Below, piece by piece: positions 28,329-44,380 of a stretch of 64,000 nucleotides of DNA. Within the stretch, counting starts at the first letter, position 1, and the number at the start of each line of letters is the position of its first letter. The translations under genes and the position numbers were made by a program. Source of the DNA: Eledone cirrhosa (taxonomy: Eukaryota); the NCBI GenBank assembly GCA_964016885.1, contig OZ024745.1:70742001-70806000 (forward strand). Reading direction: 5' to 3'. The notes beneath the pieces are model-generated. The model had not been told where the DNA came from. It saw nothing but the letters and a program-made list of their open reading frames with translations, and searched no databases.

Positions 28329-28825
28329 AAAGTGAACAAAAAGTTTACTTTTCGTTATAGAATTCCATATCTTTAGATGACTAATTTTTCTTTTGATTAG
28401 GTGTTCGGAGTTTCTCACCTGTAATTATGTCATCAATAAACTTTGTCTGTAATGACTCAATTCAGGAGATGCTTCTTTTAAAGTTGACACATATTCGAAT
28501 ATCGACCGACCAACATACTACAGGGAAGCCATCTGCCATTATTTTGTAAACTGTTCTGCTTAGACCTAACGTAAACAACAATGTATAGACCCAGGCTTTG
28601 CAGGGTCGTTGAGGCGTTCAGTCCGTTCAGAAATGTGTGGTTCTGAGTTCAGTCCAACTGCGTGGCAACTTGTGCAACTGCCTTCAGCTATAGTCAAACA
28701 GGCTGAATGTAATGGGCTTTTGGACACTATATGATGACATCAGTTCCTCGTGGTTATGACTATATTCACCGAAGATGAATAAATGTAAGATATCATCTTT
28801 AAGATGTAAATTACCCCTCATTTTT

Positions 28826-28885
<60 letters not shown>

Positions 28886-28920
28886 TCTCTCACTCTCCCT
28901 CTTTCTCATATACACACACG

Positions 28921-28960
<40 letters not shown>

Positions 28961-28991
28961 ATGTGTGTGTATATATATATACATATATATT

Positions 28992-29025
<34 letters not shown>

Positions 29026-29152
29026 AGTAGAAGTTGTATTTAATTTGTTGGAAGTCCGACAAACATAAATGTTTATAACTGATTTAGAGCACTCAACAGT
29101 GTTATATATATATTTTTATATATATTTATATATTTATATATATTTATATATA

Positions 29153-29267
<115 letters not shown>

Positions 29268-29276
29268 TATATATAT

Positions 29277-29329
<53 letters not shown>

Positions 29330-29360
29330 TATATATATATATATACATAAACTAACAGAA

Positions 29361-29462
29361 TTCTGATGAGCTTTTGATTCCAGAGATGGGCCCGATCGAT
29401 AGAGATCGAACCTTGAGCTGATCAATCGCGAAACGCGCGTGACACCTGAATAAACTTAATGA
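29361..29462 (+). ncRNA. Third copy of the long-stem-II hammerhead family; cleavage site mutated to GUG
   Basis: CTGATGA-GCttTTGAT...ATCAAtcGC-GAAA-CGCGCG-TG...AATAAA; homologous to 27510-27612; follows (TA)n. Confidence 0.7.
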
Positions 29463-29520
29463 AAATTTCTACCTCGTCCATACTTATTTTGTATATACAT
29501 GTGTGTGCGTGTGTGTGTGT

Positions 29521-29559
<39 letters not shown>

Positions 29560-29560
29560 C

Positions 29561-29592
<32 letters not shown>

Positions 29593-30422
29593 GCGCGTGT
29601 GCGTGTGGGGGTGGTACGTGTGTGTCTATGGATGTGTATATATAAATATCATATTATATAAGACTGGATGTGTGTATGTATGTGTCGGCGTGTATGTTTA
29701 CGCATGTGTCTGTATCTCTTTATATCCCGTGGCGTTGCGGTTCGACAAAAAAATCCGATGAAGTAATTCACACTTTTTATAAAAATATGACTATGGTCTA
29801 ATATAGCCTCTAGAATCCTGTCGGTGTCCCAGCCGACGGAAGTCTAATGACAAACTAGTAAAAGAATAAAAGCTAAAAAAAGGGTATATATAAGAAGCTA
29901 TGACGAATGTGATGACGATGAAAAGATAAAAGGAAGATGTAGCAGAATATGAATGGAGCGAGGTGTGTATGGAATAAATAGAAGAGGGAGGTGGAATCAC
30001 ATGGGTGACGGTGTGAGATGGAACCATAAAGGATGGCAGTGTAGCATCAGCTGTATAACTAGCTGATCTGTTTTATTAACGTAGCAAGAAGGAGAAGGGG
30101 AAGAAAGTGAGAAAGAGAGATACTGAATAGAAAGATAGAAAGACAGAAGAAAAGACATCGCTTATACAAGATTCTTATTATCGATCCAGCATAATCCACT
30201 GGTTGTTGTGACTTACAGCATTGTTAGTTCGATCAAAAGCAAGAGCTATGCCCTAATGTTATGGGACCATAGAAAGAAAGTATGAGGAAATATTAGTAAA
30301 CTTATTATCACATGGGTATCATGGAGTCCAAGATCCAGTGGAGTCGTTGGGGTGGTTAATGATATGTTTTTTGTATACATATACACACCTCGTGGATACA
30401 GAAAGTTTTTAGTCTCTCTCTT

Positions 30423-30477
<55 letters not shown>

Positions 30478-30602
30478 ATTTATATATATATATATATATA
30501 TATCTGAAACAATGTAAATTGCATGTGTATACATAATTCTATTAAGCTGAAAGGATGACAGAGACAAAACAATAACTACTATTACTGCTACTACTACTAC
30601 TG

Positions 30603-30668
<66 letters not shown>

Positions 30669-31039
30669 TTACTACTACTACTATTACTACATACAAACAC
30701 TCATGCATGCAATCATACATAGATACACATATATATATATAAATATATACTTCGGTGTAAAAAAATGATAATAATCTAATATTAAGGGGTATATATTAAT
30801 ACAAGCATCTCCCAAAATTGAAGAGAAATGTTCTCGAGAAGTTGGGTTCCCATGGAGAATGGAGGTGGAGAGGACTTAGATGTGATATATGTCGGGGATT
30901 TATTGTCGAAACCGAAATGATGCACTCTCTAACAAGGTGAGTAATAATGGTACCTCCTTCTCTCTCGCTTTCTCTATTTGTTTATCAGTTTGTCTCTCCC
31001 TCTCTTCCTCTGTTTATATGTGCATGTACACACACACAC

Positions 31040-31357
<318 letters not shown>

Positions 31358-31379
31358 TAGTAATAATGTTATTTTGATG

Positions 31380-31476
<97 letters not shown>

Positions 31477-31603
31477 GTGTGTGTATTGAAAAGATAACAA
31501 GGACGATTGGCTACTCCTTCATTACATTTATTGGTTGGTGAACCTAAACATCGAGTGCTCGCCCAGGTGAACCGACAGTAACTCCAAGTTACACTCTCTC
31601 TCT

Positions 31604-31667
<64 letters not shown>

Positions 31668-31821
31668 ATATATATGAATGTTTTGGAGTGTAGCAAACAC
31701 ACTAAACTGAATAAAGGGCTCATATAGTATATATGTATATATAATGTCAACATATGTCATTAATAGTGTATATTTACTTGTACACAGACACACACTCATA
31801 TACGCATATATTATATATTTG

Positions 31822-31886
<65 letters not shown>

Positions 31887-32185
31887 TATATATATACTCA
31901 CTCACATATATATATATACAGAAATATATATATATACACACATATATATATACACACTCATATATATATATATATATATATACATATATATATACATATA
32001 CATATGAATACATACATATATATATATATACATATAAATACATATATGTATATATATATACATATATATATACACATATATATATATATACACACATATG
32101 TATATATACACATATATATACATATAAATACATATATATATAAATACATATATATAAATACATATATATACATATATATATATAC

Positions 32186-32230
<45 letters not shown>

Positions 32231-32410
32231 TATATTTACATATATATATATAAATATATATATACATATATATACATATATATATACACATATATATATA
32301 AATATACATATATATAAGATATACATATATATATAAATACATATATATATACACTTGTATATATTTACATATATATACAAATATATATACATATATATGT
32401 ATATATATAC

Positions 32411-32527
<117 letters not shown>

Positions 32528-33024
32528 GATATATATACATACGTTCGCTCTATAAATCTCTCTCGTGTGTACCAGTGTATAATTTTACGTTCGTTACTTC
32601 CATAACAAATGACCTGAAATGAAGGTATAGAAAATTTAAAACAAAAAAAAAAGGGAAAAAAAGAAGGAAAGGAAAGATCACGGCTGAAAGACTTTTGATC
32701 ATAGTTCTGCTGAATCACATTTGACCTGGTGTGTTAAACCATTACAACCATCTCCATACCCAAAACCACAGTGAAAGTGATATCTCTCCCCTACATTTGA
32801 TATTATACTAGTAATAATTCACATGTGGCCTTTTTACTGTAATAATGCTTGCTGTAATTACCACCTTTCATCATTCTATTTCCTTTTAACTATCTTTCAT
32901 AAAAGACTAACACATTTTTAACCAGTGAAAACCAAACGGAACTTCTGTTTAATATTCATCCATTTAGGAACCATAGTAATTAATGTTGGCTCTTTTTTGT
33001 GTGTGTAAAACGAGCTTTTAGTCG

Positions 33025-33405
33025 TCAGATTGGTGTAGTTGTTAGATTGGCGAACCTAACGAATTACCTTTTATAGTTATGTCCCTTTACATTCTAGATT
33101 TAAATCCCAGCGAGTATAATTTTACCTTTCATCCTTTAGGATGCCAATAGAATAAAGTACTACACAATTACTGGTTTTGATTAAAGCAAATATTCCCATT
33201 TCCTCGTTAAATGTGAATCCTTGTGCCTGCGTAATTATTATCACCGTTAATTAATTATTAAATGGTTTGGTTAGCAGAGTGGCCAAATCGGTAGAGTGTG
33301 GGAGAAAATTATTTCCTATATTTGATTACGTCCCTTTACGTTTTGAGTTCAAATCTTGTTGGAATGAACACCAATATAATCTATTTCCGGTTGATAAATA
33401 AATAG
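33025..33405 (+). mobile_element. Two diverged SINE family A copies in tandem
   Basis: gtccctttac...aaatcccagcgag...cctttcatcctt; second copy gtccctttacgttttgagttcaaatc. Confidence 0.65.
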
Positions 33406-33730
33406 CAGCCAGGCACTATAGGAAAATAAATGTCTTTGTACAAACGTGGAAAAGTAGTTGTTATTAATTACTGCTATTAATTATTAAACTCGTGGTGGAA
33501 TAACATAATACTTAACACGGGATTTGCTTTCATTTCTTTGGCTTCGGATTCACTCCAGTGTTTTCTTTGGGTATCAGTGTGGAAAAGTTAGAAATATTTT
33601 TTTTTTAAATGTAAGAAAATATTTTTCTCCTCATCATCATATGTAAGTTATATAAGTTATATATCAGCATGACCACAGTCTAATGGCTGAAACAAGTAAA
33701 TGAATACACACACACACACACGCACATACA

Positions 33731-33764
<34 letters not shown>

Positions 33765-33795
33765 TTTTAATAGAGGTGTGACACACGAGTTGTGA

Positions 33796-33981
33796 TATAT
33801 TAGTAAAAAGGAAAAGAAAATGCTGACAAATTTTTCCCAGCTAAAGCATTTCCTTTTCCTTTTTACTAATATATATATATATTAGTATATGAATATACAT
33901 ACATGCCCCTATTAATATATGAATATATATACATACATACATGCATACATACATACATACATACATACATACATACATACA

Positions 33982-34015
<34 letters not shown>

Positions 34016-34306
34016 CATACATACATACATACATACATATGACTATATATATATATATGACTATATATATAAATACCCACATATATATTAAACCACTATT
34101 AAACTAGTTAGACTAGCTGTTGCAATGGCAAGAGCTCAGCCGTTGGGGCCTGGATCTTTCTATTGTATATATATATATGTATATATATACATATATATAA
34201 TAGAAAGATCTAGGTCTCAACGGCTGAGCTCTTGCCGTTGCAACAGCTAGTCTAATTAGTTTAATAGTAGTTTAATGTATATGTGAGTATTTATATATAT
34301 ATGCAT

Positions 34307-34341
<35 letters not shown>

Positions 34342-34355
34342 TATATATATATGAC

Positions 34356-34386
<31 letters not shown>

Positions 34387-34432
34387 ATGTATGTATGCAT
34401 GTATGCATATTCATATATTAATAGGGGTGTAT
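33796..34432. repeat. Adjacent and nested inverted repeats (33796-33824/33845-33874; 33901-33930/34405-34432; 34065-34164/34199-34300)
   Basis: Reverse-complement arms are visible directly, e.g. ctagctgttgcaatggcaagagctcagccgttg / caacggctgagctcttgccgttgcaacagctag. Confidence 0.85.
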
Positions 34433-35782
34433 AAGAGAGTATACACTGTATACTTCTATATAATATACACGTACATACAGTACCCTTTTTCAAATATAAA
34501 TGTTTGTATGAGTACAGTCTATTTCCTAATGTATATATATAATCTATGTTTGTAAATGAATATTCGTTTAATTTTCATTCCTTACACCAATCCCATTGCA
34601 TAATGAAAGGAAATGGTTGACTCGATATGATGCAAAAATATAAAACAACGAAAACAAAGAATGTTTAAGAACAAAGATTGTTCTAATATCTAATCACTGA
34701 GTGTATATTCTACAACGTGATACATTTTCCTGCTAACAATATCCATGCTTCGATACTTCAATATATAAAATAAAATAAGTTGTGAGCGTATTTCTAGCAC
34801 TAGTTATATCTTATGCTAGTTGTGACATTACCTCTATGTTAGTGATATATATGTCAGTTTTCGTGTAACTGATTCCAGTTTTCTTGTCCCTCATAGGACA
34901 CAGCATTTTAAATATTACGATCCAATGAGGGAACTCCTAATTGATAGCTCAAACTGCTATACTTAAACATCAAATCGACCTCAGATCACACAATACTTTT
35001 TTAAATGTTACATAATGAGGTCCTAGCTAACACTAACGCAGTCAAGATGGTCATTGCTGGAATAGTTGGATCAGAGATCATAGTTGACCTGGGTGGAGCA
35101 TAAACAGTAACAAAACGAAAAACTTCTAGAATAGCTTAACCTACCAGGGAGCCTCTAAAAGAGCCTTCGAAATCCTAGAAATAACAGTAAAATCTTGCTC
35201 AATCCCAACCTTGTTGTCTTACATAATGAAAGCGTACAGTACACCCATGCTTTGAAATATGGCTAGACAACAATATTAACAACAATACATTAAATCAAGC
35301 TACACTGTATATTTTTATCTAAATAACATTTTAAATACACTAGGTGCTGCGTGGTCGCGATGCGAATGTTTTAACCATGAAATCATTCTTGTGCCTAAAT
35401 ATGAAAAATGAAATCCAAACCATCGATTTTATTTCCGTTGCTAATCTTATATTTGTTTTTATATGACTGAACTTCTTGATTTTTGTCTCTGGGATAATAC
35501 AAGGGAATCCTAAGCAATCAAACAAACTGGACAAAACCACGACATTTGTGTCCTGGAGATTGAATATTATGAATGGAGTGACTGATAGTAGTAGTGTACA
35601 CTGATCAGTAGATTTGACAATACATACAAGTATATAATCGATATCTGTAGTTTATCACTGCATGCAACAGAGAATAGTGTTACCATTCACCTTTTTCTAG
35701 AACAATAGTTGACAAAGTAGCAGTGCTAACGCACTAGTAGAGAGACAAAATGATTTACCTTATTTTATTATATTCTGAGTGT

Positions 35783-36065
35783 GGAGATGCGTGACGTTTT
35801 AATTAGGACATTCGTTTAATATTTTAAGGTCGTGTGTTCGATTCTCGACAGTGCCTTCTGTCCTTGAGCAAAACACTTTAATTCAGGTTACTCTAATCCA
35901 TTTATCTGTTAAAAAGGATTTGTATCTGTAATTCAAAGGCTCAACCTTATCATAAACTATATTATGCTGAATCTCCACGTTGACTTCGCTAAAGAAACAG
36001 GTATCTGAGGAACGCACATTAATTTCATATCAAAGCTTTTCTATTGACTATCTAAACTAAAACTG
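35783..36065 (+). mobile_element. Diverged tRNA-SINE family B with long body
   Basis: gtgttcgattctc...tgtccttgagcaaaacacttta...ctgtaattcaaagg...gctgaatctcc. Confidence 0.7.
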
Positions 36066-39000
36066 GTTTATGGATCCTCTGCGGGTTTAGATGTGCATTC
36101 AATTGTTCGATCAACTGAACGTCTGACTTGTAAAATTAACGTGTAAGTCGCAAAGTATTCTTCATACATGAATACCTTTCATCTCCACCCTTGTATGAGC
36201 CCACACAGGACTGGCATCTGGCTATTTAGTACCATATATTGTGCGCCCCATTACCCAGAACATATATATATATATTCAATTTATAGTTCGGCAAGCTAGC
36301 AAACATAATTTTTGACTCTTGCTTTGACCACACTAATAAAATTACTAAGTCTGCATTTTCTACTACACAGTTCACAATCTCCAACTTCAGAACACATTAC
36401 AGTTCATAGAACCAGACAAACAGCTCCTCTCCATCCCATAGCTACTCGGAAAATGTCCAACGTATTTATCTATCACAGGAAATTATCATATGCTTAATTT
36501 AGTTACACAATTCATATAAAACTCTGAACCCTTTGGGTTTTGGAATACACCCTTGACCCAGACCACAAAATTTCTCCTCTTTAAATACTCCATTTCTCCT
36601 CTTTAAATACTCCAATTTCTTTCTTTTTACATCATAGAAATATTGCTGACACAGGATAACTACTTTTCTTGAATTCTAATTTTTATTACATAAATATCAA
36701 AATGTTAACTAAGAAAAAAAAAGTAAAATCAAATTTAGTATCGTTATTGATTATAGACAATCGTTAATAAATCTGTCCTAAAACAATTGACTGCGTGCCT
36801 AATTAAAGCTTCATATATGATACATGTCATAATCACTGGGTTTCATTTTCTCTGCTTTCAGTACCACTTACTTCCCTTGATCATTTCCCAGTAACCTTGC
36901 GTTAAATGTCTTCCTGAATCCCTCTCATATAGAAACATAAAAATGTTATATAACTGCATCGCTTGCGAAATTCTAACTATGTATTTATATATAATATAAT
37001 CCTATCCGTGACCTCTTTCAGTGAATCACCTTTGAAGGTTATTTGATTTTTTAATTAAGACAAACTTAACGTTGTAAGTATATCACTTCTACCAGTTCTA
37101 TGATATTACTACTCTTCAAGTTTTGGTTATATAATTTATCATTGCTACCTAGCATCTATATGGTTTACACAAAATATAGTTTACGTAACAATAGATTCGC
37201 TAATAATTTAATTGACACATATGAATATGGTAAAACAATGTAACATAATGTAATATATTATTTGCTAAAGTCTCTCGAAACAAGACTACAGTTAACATTT
37301 AATCAAGTATTATTCAAGTGGAAGGTGATGAAAATAATAAAAACAATTCTTAGCAATGAATACTGATATATATACAGTAGATACAGTAGATAAAAGATGT
37401 TATCACACCATTAGTCCAAACTCAATATGCTTAGAGATGATTATATAAAAAACTAATTTAATTTATAAAATATTCTTAAAATCATAGTATATTTCTGCGC
37501 AAAATTAGACAAATGAAAGCTACACAGTAGAACCAAAGAGTCAATCATTTTACTTCTTTGAAAAGGAAAATGCGTTCAAAATAATAACAAGAAAAATGAA
37601 TACCCTAAATAAAATTACAGTGAGAACTGTTACATTGATCTTGTTAGACCTTTTCTTCTGCAGTAGTAGAAGAAAATGTCATAAAATAAATATAATGTCT
37701 TATATACATTATGCCTGTCAAAACGACTAAATGGTCAGGATTGTGGTGCCATTACTCATACATCTACTCAATCAGAGCTAACATGTTCTTAAATACAGTC
37801 AGAACCAGAATCAATCAAATATAGTCTCAAAGGCACTACGAGAACAAAGCGCAAGCACAGGAAGCACATGTCGCAAGATCATCTTAATCATGTCTACAAA
37901 TATATATTATAACAATATATAGTATAAACACAAAAGCGGTTTAGATTAAGAAAACTCTCGCAAAGTCAAGTGGTGGTCAAAACTAATTCACTTTTAACAA
38001 TAATATGCCTACACAAATCAACAGAGAATCAGTGTTTATTTCCCTTTCATTCATATTTTGGAATTCTTTTTTCTTACTTAACGTAATCTATGGAAAATTA
38101 TATGAAACATTTCCTAACCTTATTTAAAATGCCTCGTATTCTACTAAAAACATTTAACTAAAAGAACATAAATGACAAGGAAGAGATGTTAGGTTGCATA
38201 TATAAAAATGTGTTGTTTTGAAGCAAAATTTCTAGTGCGTCAGATTAAAGGTCTTTTTTATTCTGCTTTCTTCACTCTGAGTTTAAATCCAATCGAGGTT
38301 ACTCTTGCCTTTCATCCTTTTGATTTTGATAAAGTACCAGGCCATTGACAGTGGCTTTATGGAAATGTTAAATAGTCTGACGGGATGATTTGTGGTATTG
38401 GTTCCAGCTCAGTGTGTTCTGAGTATAATTTCTGCCTCTGGTTGCCGGAGACACCGTTACGCACCTGCCTGGAGTTGTGACCGACAAATAGAATCAGTAA
38501 TGGAAATGCAATTTCTTCGTTCCATTGTGACGGTAGTCTTTTTTTTACCCTTTCATTAATGAAGCACACACTATGAGAAATTACCATAGCAAATATGATT
38601 CTCGGTATAGTGTAAATCGCTGTGTAACCAATTATTGACAAACTTCGGCATTTAGGGTTAACTTAAATAAGAATATAGCACAGAAATTGCTGAATGGTTA
38701 AGAATTTCGTTTTACAATCATGAGGTGGCTAGTTCAATCCCATTATAACATGATTTGGGATGCTTTTAGTGGAGACTACTCTATTGCAAGCATTCCCACC
38801 ATGTCCTTTTTCCTACGAGTTTCATTCGGCAGAACAAATATCGTAATATATTTCATCTAATGTTCTAAAAATTCCTCTAATTCACCACCCTGAACTGATG
38901 TGTTATTTTCTCGATCCCAAAGGAAAGGCAAAGTTCACCTTGGTAGAGTTTGAATCCACAGCACAGAGGGACGGATCAAATACCGCTTCAATGACTTCGC

Positions 39001-39939
39001 CAGTTCGAAAAGACCATAGCAAATAATCTTAGTGGTCACTTTTTCTGACATAATAGTTTAGTTCATTGATTTTCGAGCGCAATCATCTTTGTCATCAACT
39101 TGTTACTTCATATGAGCATAACTCCTACACAACTCACTTGTGATACCTGATTAAATAACATCAGGATATTGAACTTTCAGTCTCCTAAAGAACTTATTCG
39201 CTACAGTTGTAATTATCCTCTAGAATCTACTTTGTGTTTTCTAATCTTTTTATCTTTAAAACAATTTAAAATAGTATTTAAATCCGCGTCATTATAATTC
39301 TCCACGGCAAAAACTATAAACGAGGTTTCCATTTTTTTTTCTTTTTTTTTTCTTTCATGCTTAAAAGTTGAAATGTACTACTAAAGCTGGCAGTTTAATT
39401 AAACAATTAGATCTTTCGACGCTAAAATATTCTGCAACTTGAAACCAGAACATAAATTGCAGAACTATCAGTGACAGTAGCCACGATCTAATAACCTACA
39501 TTGACTTAGGTCTTGAAATATTCTATTTTCAAATCAATATTGGGATCAAATATTAAAATTAACGTTGTAAATTAATTTTGAAATTGATTTTTTTCTGTCC
39601 GCTATCAGATTGGTAAGTGAGGTTCCAATTTCGATCGATATTAATTCTAGATTTGTGCAACACTTACTAGGATCATATTAAACGATGCACATTTTAATTT
39701 CATCGAATATCCTTGACAAAATCATCAAAGCAGATAATTAAATAGCAATCGTTTATCAGTTTCTATAGAGGAATTATTTGTAAATGATACCCACCGATAG
39801 GTATGTGAGAAATAGGTACTGAAGGGAAATATGTGTAGAAATAACTACATTCATATATTTTTATCCGTGCGGTGATGTATTTCAGAACGTTTGGGTTTAC
39901 AAAAAAAAAAAGAGGAAAGGTATACATATTACTCGTTGT

Positions 39940-40232
39940 TTAATCAACGGAAGAAACTGCTCATAAAATTAACGTGCAAGTGACTGAGCATTTCACTGAT
40001 ACATGGACACTTAAGGTAGTTTTCGGGAAGACTCGTTGTTGTCACATTGTGTGAAAAGCTTAGCTCTTTGTATCACAGGTACAACACATTTTTTCTCTTT
40101 TCGCAAGGGAATGGACAGAAGCAACGTGACATAAATTGTTTTGCTCAAGTACACAATGCGCCACCGAGAATCGAACTCAAGTCCTTACAATTGTGAGCCG
40201 AAAGCCCCTAACCAAGAAGCCACATGCCTTCA
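39940..40232 (-). mobile_element. tRNA-SINE family B with long body
   Basis: gcaacgtgacataaattgttttgctcaag...gaatcgaactc...ccctaacca...gccacatgccttca. Confidence 0.8.
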
Positions 40233-40517
40233 AAGAATACGTAAAATAGCGTATGCATATTATATTAACATCTGAAGCTTCTTGAATCGTAAATTAGAAT
40301 TTCACGTCTCCGATTCCGAATCGAAAAGTCAAACTGATGATTAAGATTGCAGAAGCTTCAGTTTCCTATGTATAATTTTTTTAATCCTATCCTATTGTAG
40401 CAAACGAATATTATAAATAAAACTAAGTAAAAATAGATTTTGATGACTGATATATATATATTGTATAAGTGAACAGATGTCATAACTTCAGTATGAATCA
40501 AAATTCAAAACCTTGTA

Positions 40518-40569
<52 letters not shown>

Positions 40570-42319
40570 GTCAAATAGAATCTCTATGATATTCTACGTA
40601 TACAGCTAAAAGCAATGAATCACGTTCAACGTTCTGTCAGGTTTATCTCCCCCTACTTAAGCAGACATTTTCTTTTGTTTCGTTGTTGTTTTTTTCCCAG
40701 ATATAACCTTATTTTCTGAAGTTAAAGTACTGAAACCCCATGAACAACGATATCTCTCATCCTAGAAGATTAATTACTTGATCAACATGAAATTTGTTAC
40801 ATTGGCAACAGCAACAACACTAATCTCTATCGAACAACCAACTGTCTTAAATCATCGTTAACTCTTTAGCAGTATATAATTGTCTCGGTTGTAGGTAATC
40901 TCCTGCTACCGCCATTTTGACCATCATTGTTGCCAACTCTTGTGACAGGTTCACCAAACAACATAACAGCGTTTCATTATCTCATTCAACATGAACCTTG
41001 TGGCTAATAAAAGAAATCATTATCTGAGAACATTAAACATCACTTTTACTTTTCCCAGCAACATTTAATTACTTCAGTATCCTAGCAACAATAAATCACC
41101 TAATATGTCAAGTAGAAGTCAGAATCCCTAATCAACCAGTTACATACATACAATTGCCTAAGACCCAAAAAAATATTCAATTGCCTCCTACTTTAAATTA
41201 CTTCAGCCATTCAACAATACATAATTACACGATAGCATAACGTTAACATCATTTGAACTGAGGACTTTATCTAAACCATTTCAATTTTCTCATTTTCTAA
41301 GAATGAAATGAGATACTCATGGCGTACACTTTACAGTCAAATCATCATAAAAATAAACAAAAAACAACAAATGTATTGCTTTCCATATAACCATCATTAA
41401 TTTATTTACATGGAGATTAATTTTAAATCGATATACCAGTGAGCATACGTATTTACAGATTCGTTCTTTTAGGTCTTGGATTGATAAATGTACAACAAGA
41501 TAAACTAAGATAATTACTCTTTTTTGTTCGTACACAGTGATGAGGTGTGTATTTGTTTGACTGGGTTGATATATTCTACTCAATGATTTAATCTCTTGGC
41601 AAAAATAAATAAAACCGCTTCAGCCACACAGTACACACTTAATTTCTAGGTCAGCCAATAAGGAATTATTTATTTTGACTAATATCAGTGCATTCGGACG
41701 GAAACTGATCAACAAATTCCTTTTTTAAATGCTCCAACATGACCACAGCGTTAATGACTGAAACCAGTAAAAATTATAAGAATACTATCTAACTCTTTGT
41801 TAATTATCTCAAAATTCCTATTAATTTGGGGAATCATTTTTAAAGCTACGAATAGACGACACAAATGAAATTATCATTGAATATTTGCAACAGAACAGCA
41901 AAGTTGTAAAAGCAAACAATAAGAAGTGTGATTGTTGTTTTATTATAAAGGTATTCATTTATCTGTGTGTATATGCGTGAGTGTGGGTATTTGCACGAGT
42001 GTGTGCGTACATACAGGTACGCATGTGCGTGTGCGTGTGTGTATGCATGTGCTTGATTGTATATGTTTCATTTTTAGTTAGGTGTCTATATATAGAATTC
42101 AATATGCGTGTGTAAACACTGGTGTCTGTGTATAGGTATATATATGTGTATTTACATGTAGTTCTCTATTGACTTTAATATATGTGTATATATATATATA
42201 TGTATGTGTATATAAATACCTGTGCAAATCTGCGCATATAGACACACGCACATACAGAACATACAGACATGCACATATGTGTGCGTGTGTATTTACATGT
42301 GTATATATATATATGCGTA

Positions 42320-42390
<71 letters not shown>

Positions 42391-42392
42391 GC

Positions 42393-42426
<34 letters not shown>

Positions 42427-42433
42427 GTGTATC

Positions 42434-42466
<33 letters not shown>

Positions 42467-42501
42467 GTATATATATATATATATATATGTATATTATATA
42501 T

Positions 42502-42585
<84 letters not shown>

Positions 42586-42587
42586 TA

Positions 42588-42977
<390 letters not shown>

Positions 42978-42988
42978 TGTATATGTAT

Positions 42989-43020
<32 letters not shown>

Positions 43021-43062
43021 GTATTATATATATGTATATATATATATATATATGTATATATA

Positions 43063-43692
43063 TGTAATATAAGTTAATATAAATTAATATATTTGATAAA
43101 CACAAATACCAACATATCCATGTTTGTATTGTAAACGACTAGGTTAGCGAGATTGAAAAATACTAATTATACTAATACAGTTTGCCTGTCTCGATTTAAA
43201 ATAATAAATCAATAAAAACAAAGCATTACTGGCAAATTGGGCCGTGGTGCTTCGACAACTTAAATTTCAAATCAAACCTGTTCCGTAGACTGGTTTAAAC
43301 CTTAAAATCCAAATAAGTTTCGAACAATGTGCGTTAAACAGTCTTTTAAAATATTTTGAAGTGAAACATACCAATTTTTCTGGTGCTTGCTGAGGAGATA
43401 GAAATGCGGTATTCTTTCACTGTTTCATTTTTCGAAACTTATTTGGATTTTAAGGTTTAAACCAGTCTACGGAACAGGTTTGATTTTGAAAATTTAAGTT
43501 TGTCCAAGCACCACGGCCATTTGCCAGTGTGCTTTGTTTTTATTGATTTATTATTTTAAATCGAGACAGGCAAACTGTATTAGTATAATTAGTATTTTTC
43601 AATCTAGCTAACTTAGTCGTTTACAATACAAACATGGATATGTTGGTATTTGTGTTTATCAAATATATTCATTTATATTAACTTATATTACA
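43063..43692. mobile_element. Largest fold-back element (arms about 260 bp, 43063-43324 / 43431-43692)
   Basis: Highly similar inverted arms between long (TA)n tracts; spacer/arm junction has CTGAGGA-stem-GAAA at 43390-43437. Confidence 0.85.
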
Positions 43693-43782
43693 CGGCTCAA
43701 AAATACTTCTTTCTTTGAGCTATTTCTTTGTAAAGGACTACCTGAGTTTTGAACTCATTATTAATAGTATATATATGTATAT

Positions 43783-43868
<86 letters not shown>

Positions 43869-43906
43869 TATATATATATATACATATATATATTATATAT
43901 ATATAT

Positions 43907-44009
<103 letters not shown>

Positions 44010-44016
44010 CACACAC

Positions 44017-44052
<36 letters not shown>

Positions 44053-44055
44053 TGT

Positions 44056-44273
44056 GAAGGCGTGTGGCTGAGTGGTTAGAGAATTGGATTCGCAATCGTA
44101 AGATTGTGAGTTCAATTGCTGGACCGGCCGATGCGTTATGTCCTTGAGCAAGACACTTTATTTCACGTTGCTCCTACTACCTGGAGTTGCGACCGATAGA
44201 TAGTATTAGCAATTGGAAAGACCAACGGAAACTTTGTTTCCTCGGTCCGATTTGACGAAAGTCGATCGCTCAA

Positions 44274-44275
<2 letters not shown>
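44056..44275 (+). mobile_element. tRNA-SINE family B, well preserved
   Basis: A-box TGGCTGAGTGG, B-box GAGTTCAATTGC, core gtccttgagcaagacactttatttcacgttgctcc; (TA)n on both flanks. Confidence 0.9.
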
Positions 44276-44321
<46 letters not shown>

Positions 44322-44330
44322 ATATTTATT

Positions 44331-44380
<50 letters not shown>

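Noticed and set aside
30800-30945. Purine-rich stretch ending in AAG|GTGAGT
   Set aside because: No upstream acceptor or recognisable reading frame
32590-32670. Minus-strand pyrimidine tract with CAG|GTCATT
   Set aside because: Donor half is weak and no convincing exon follows
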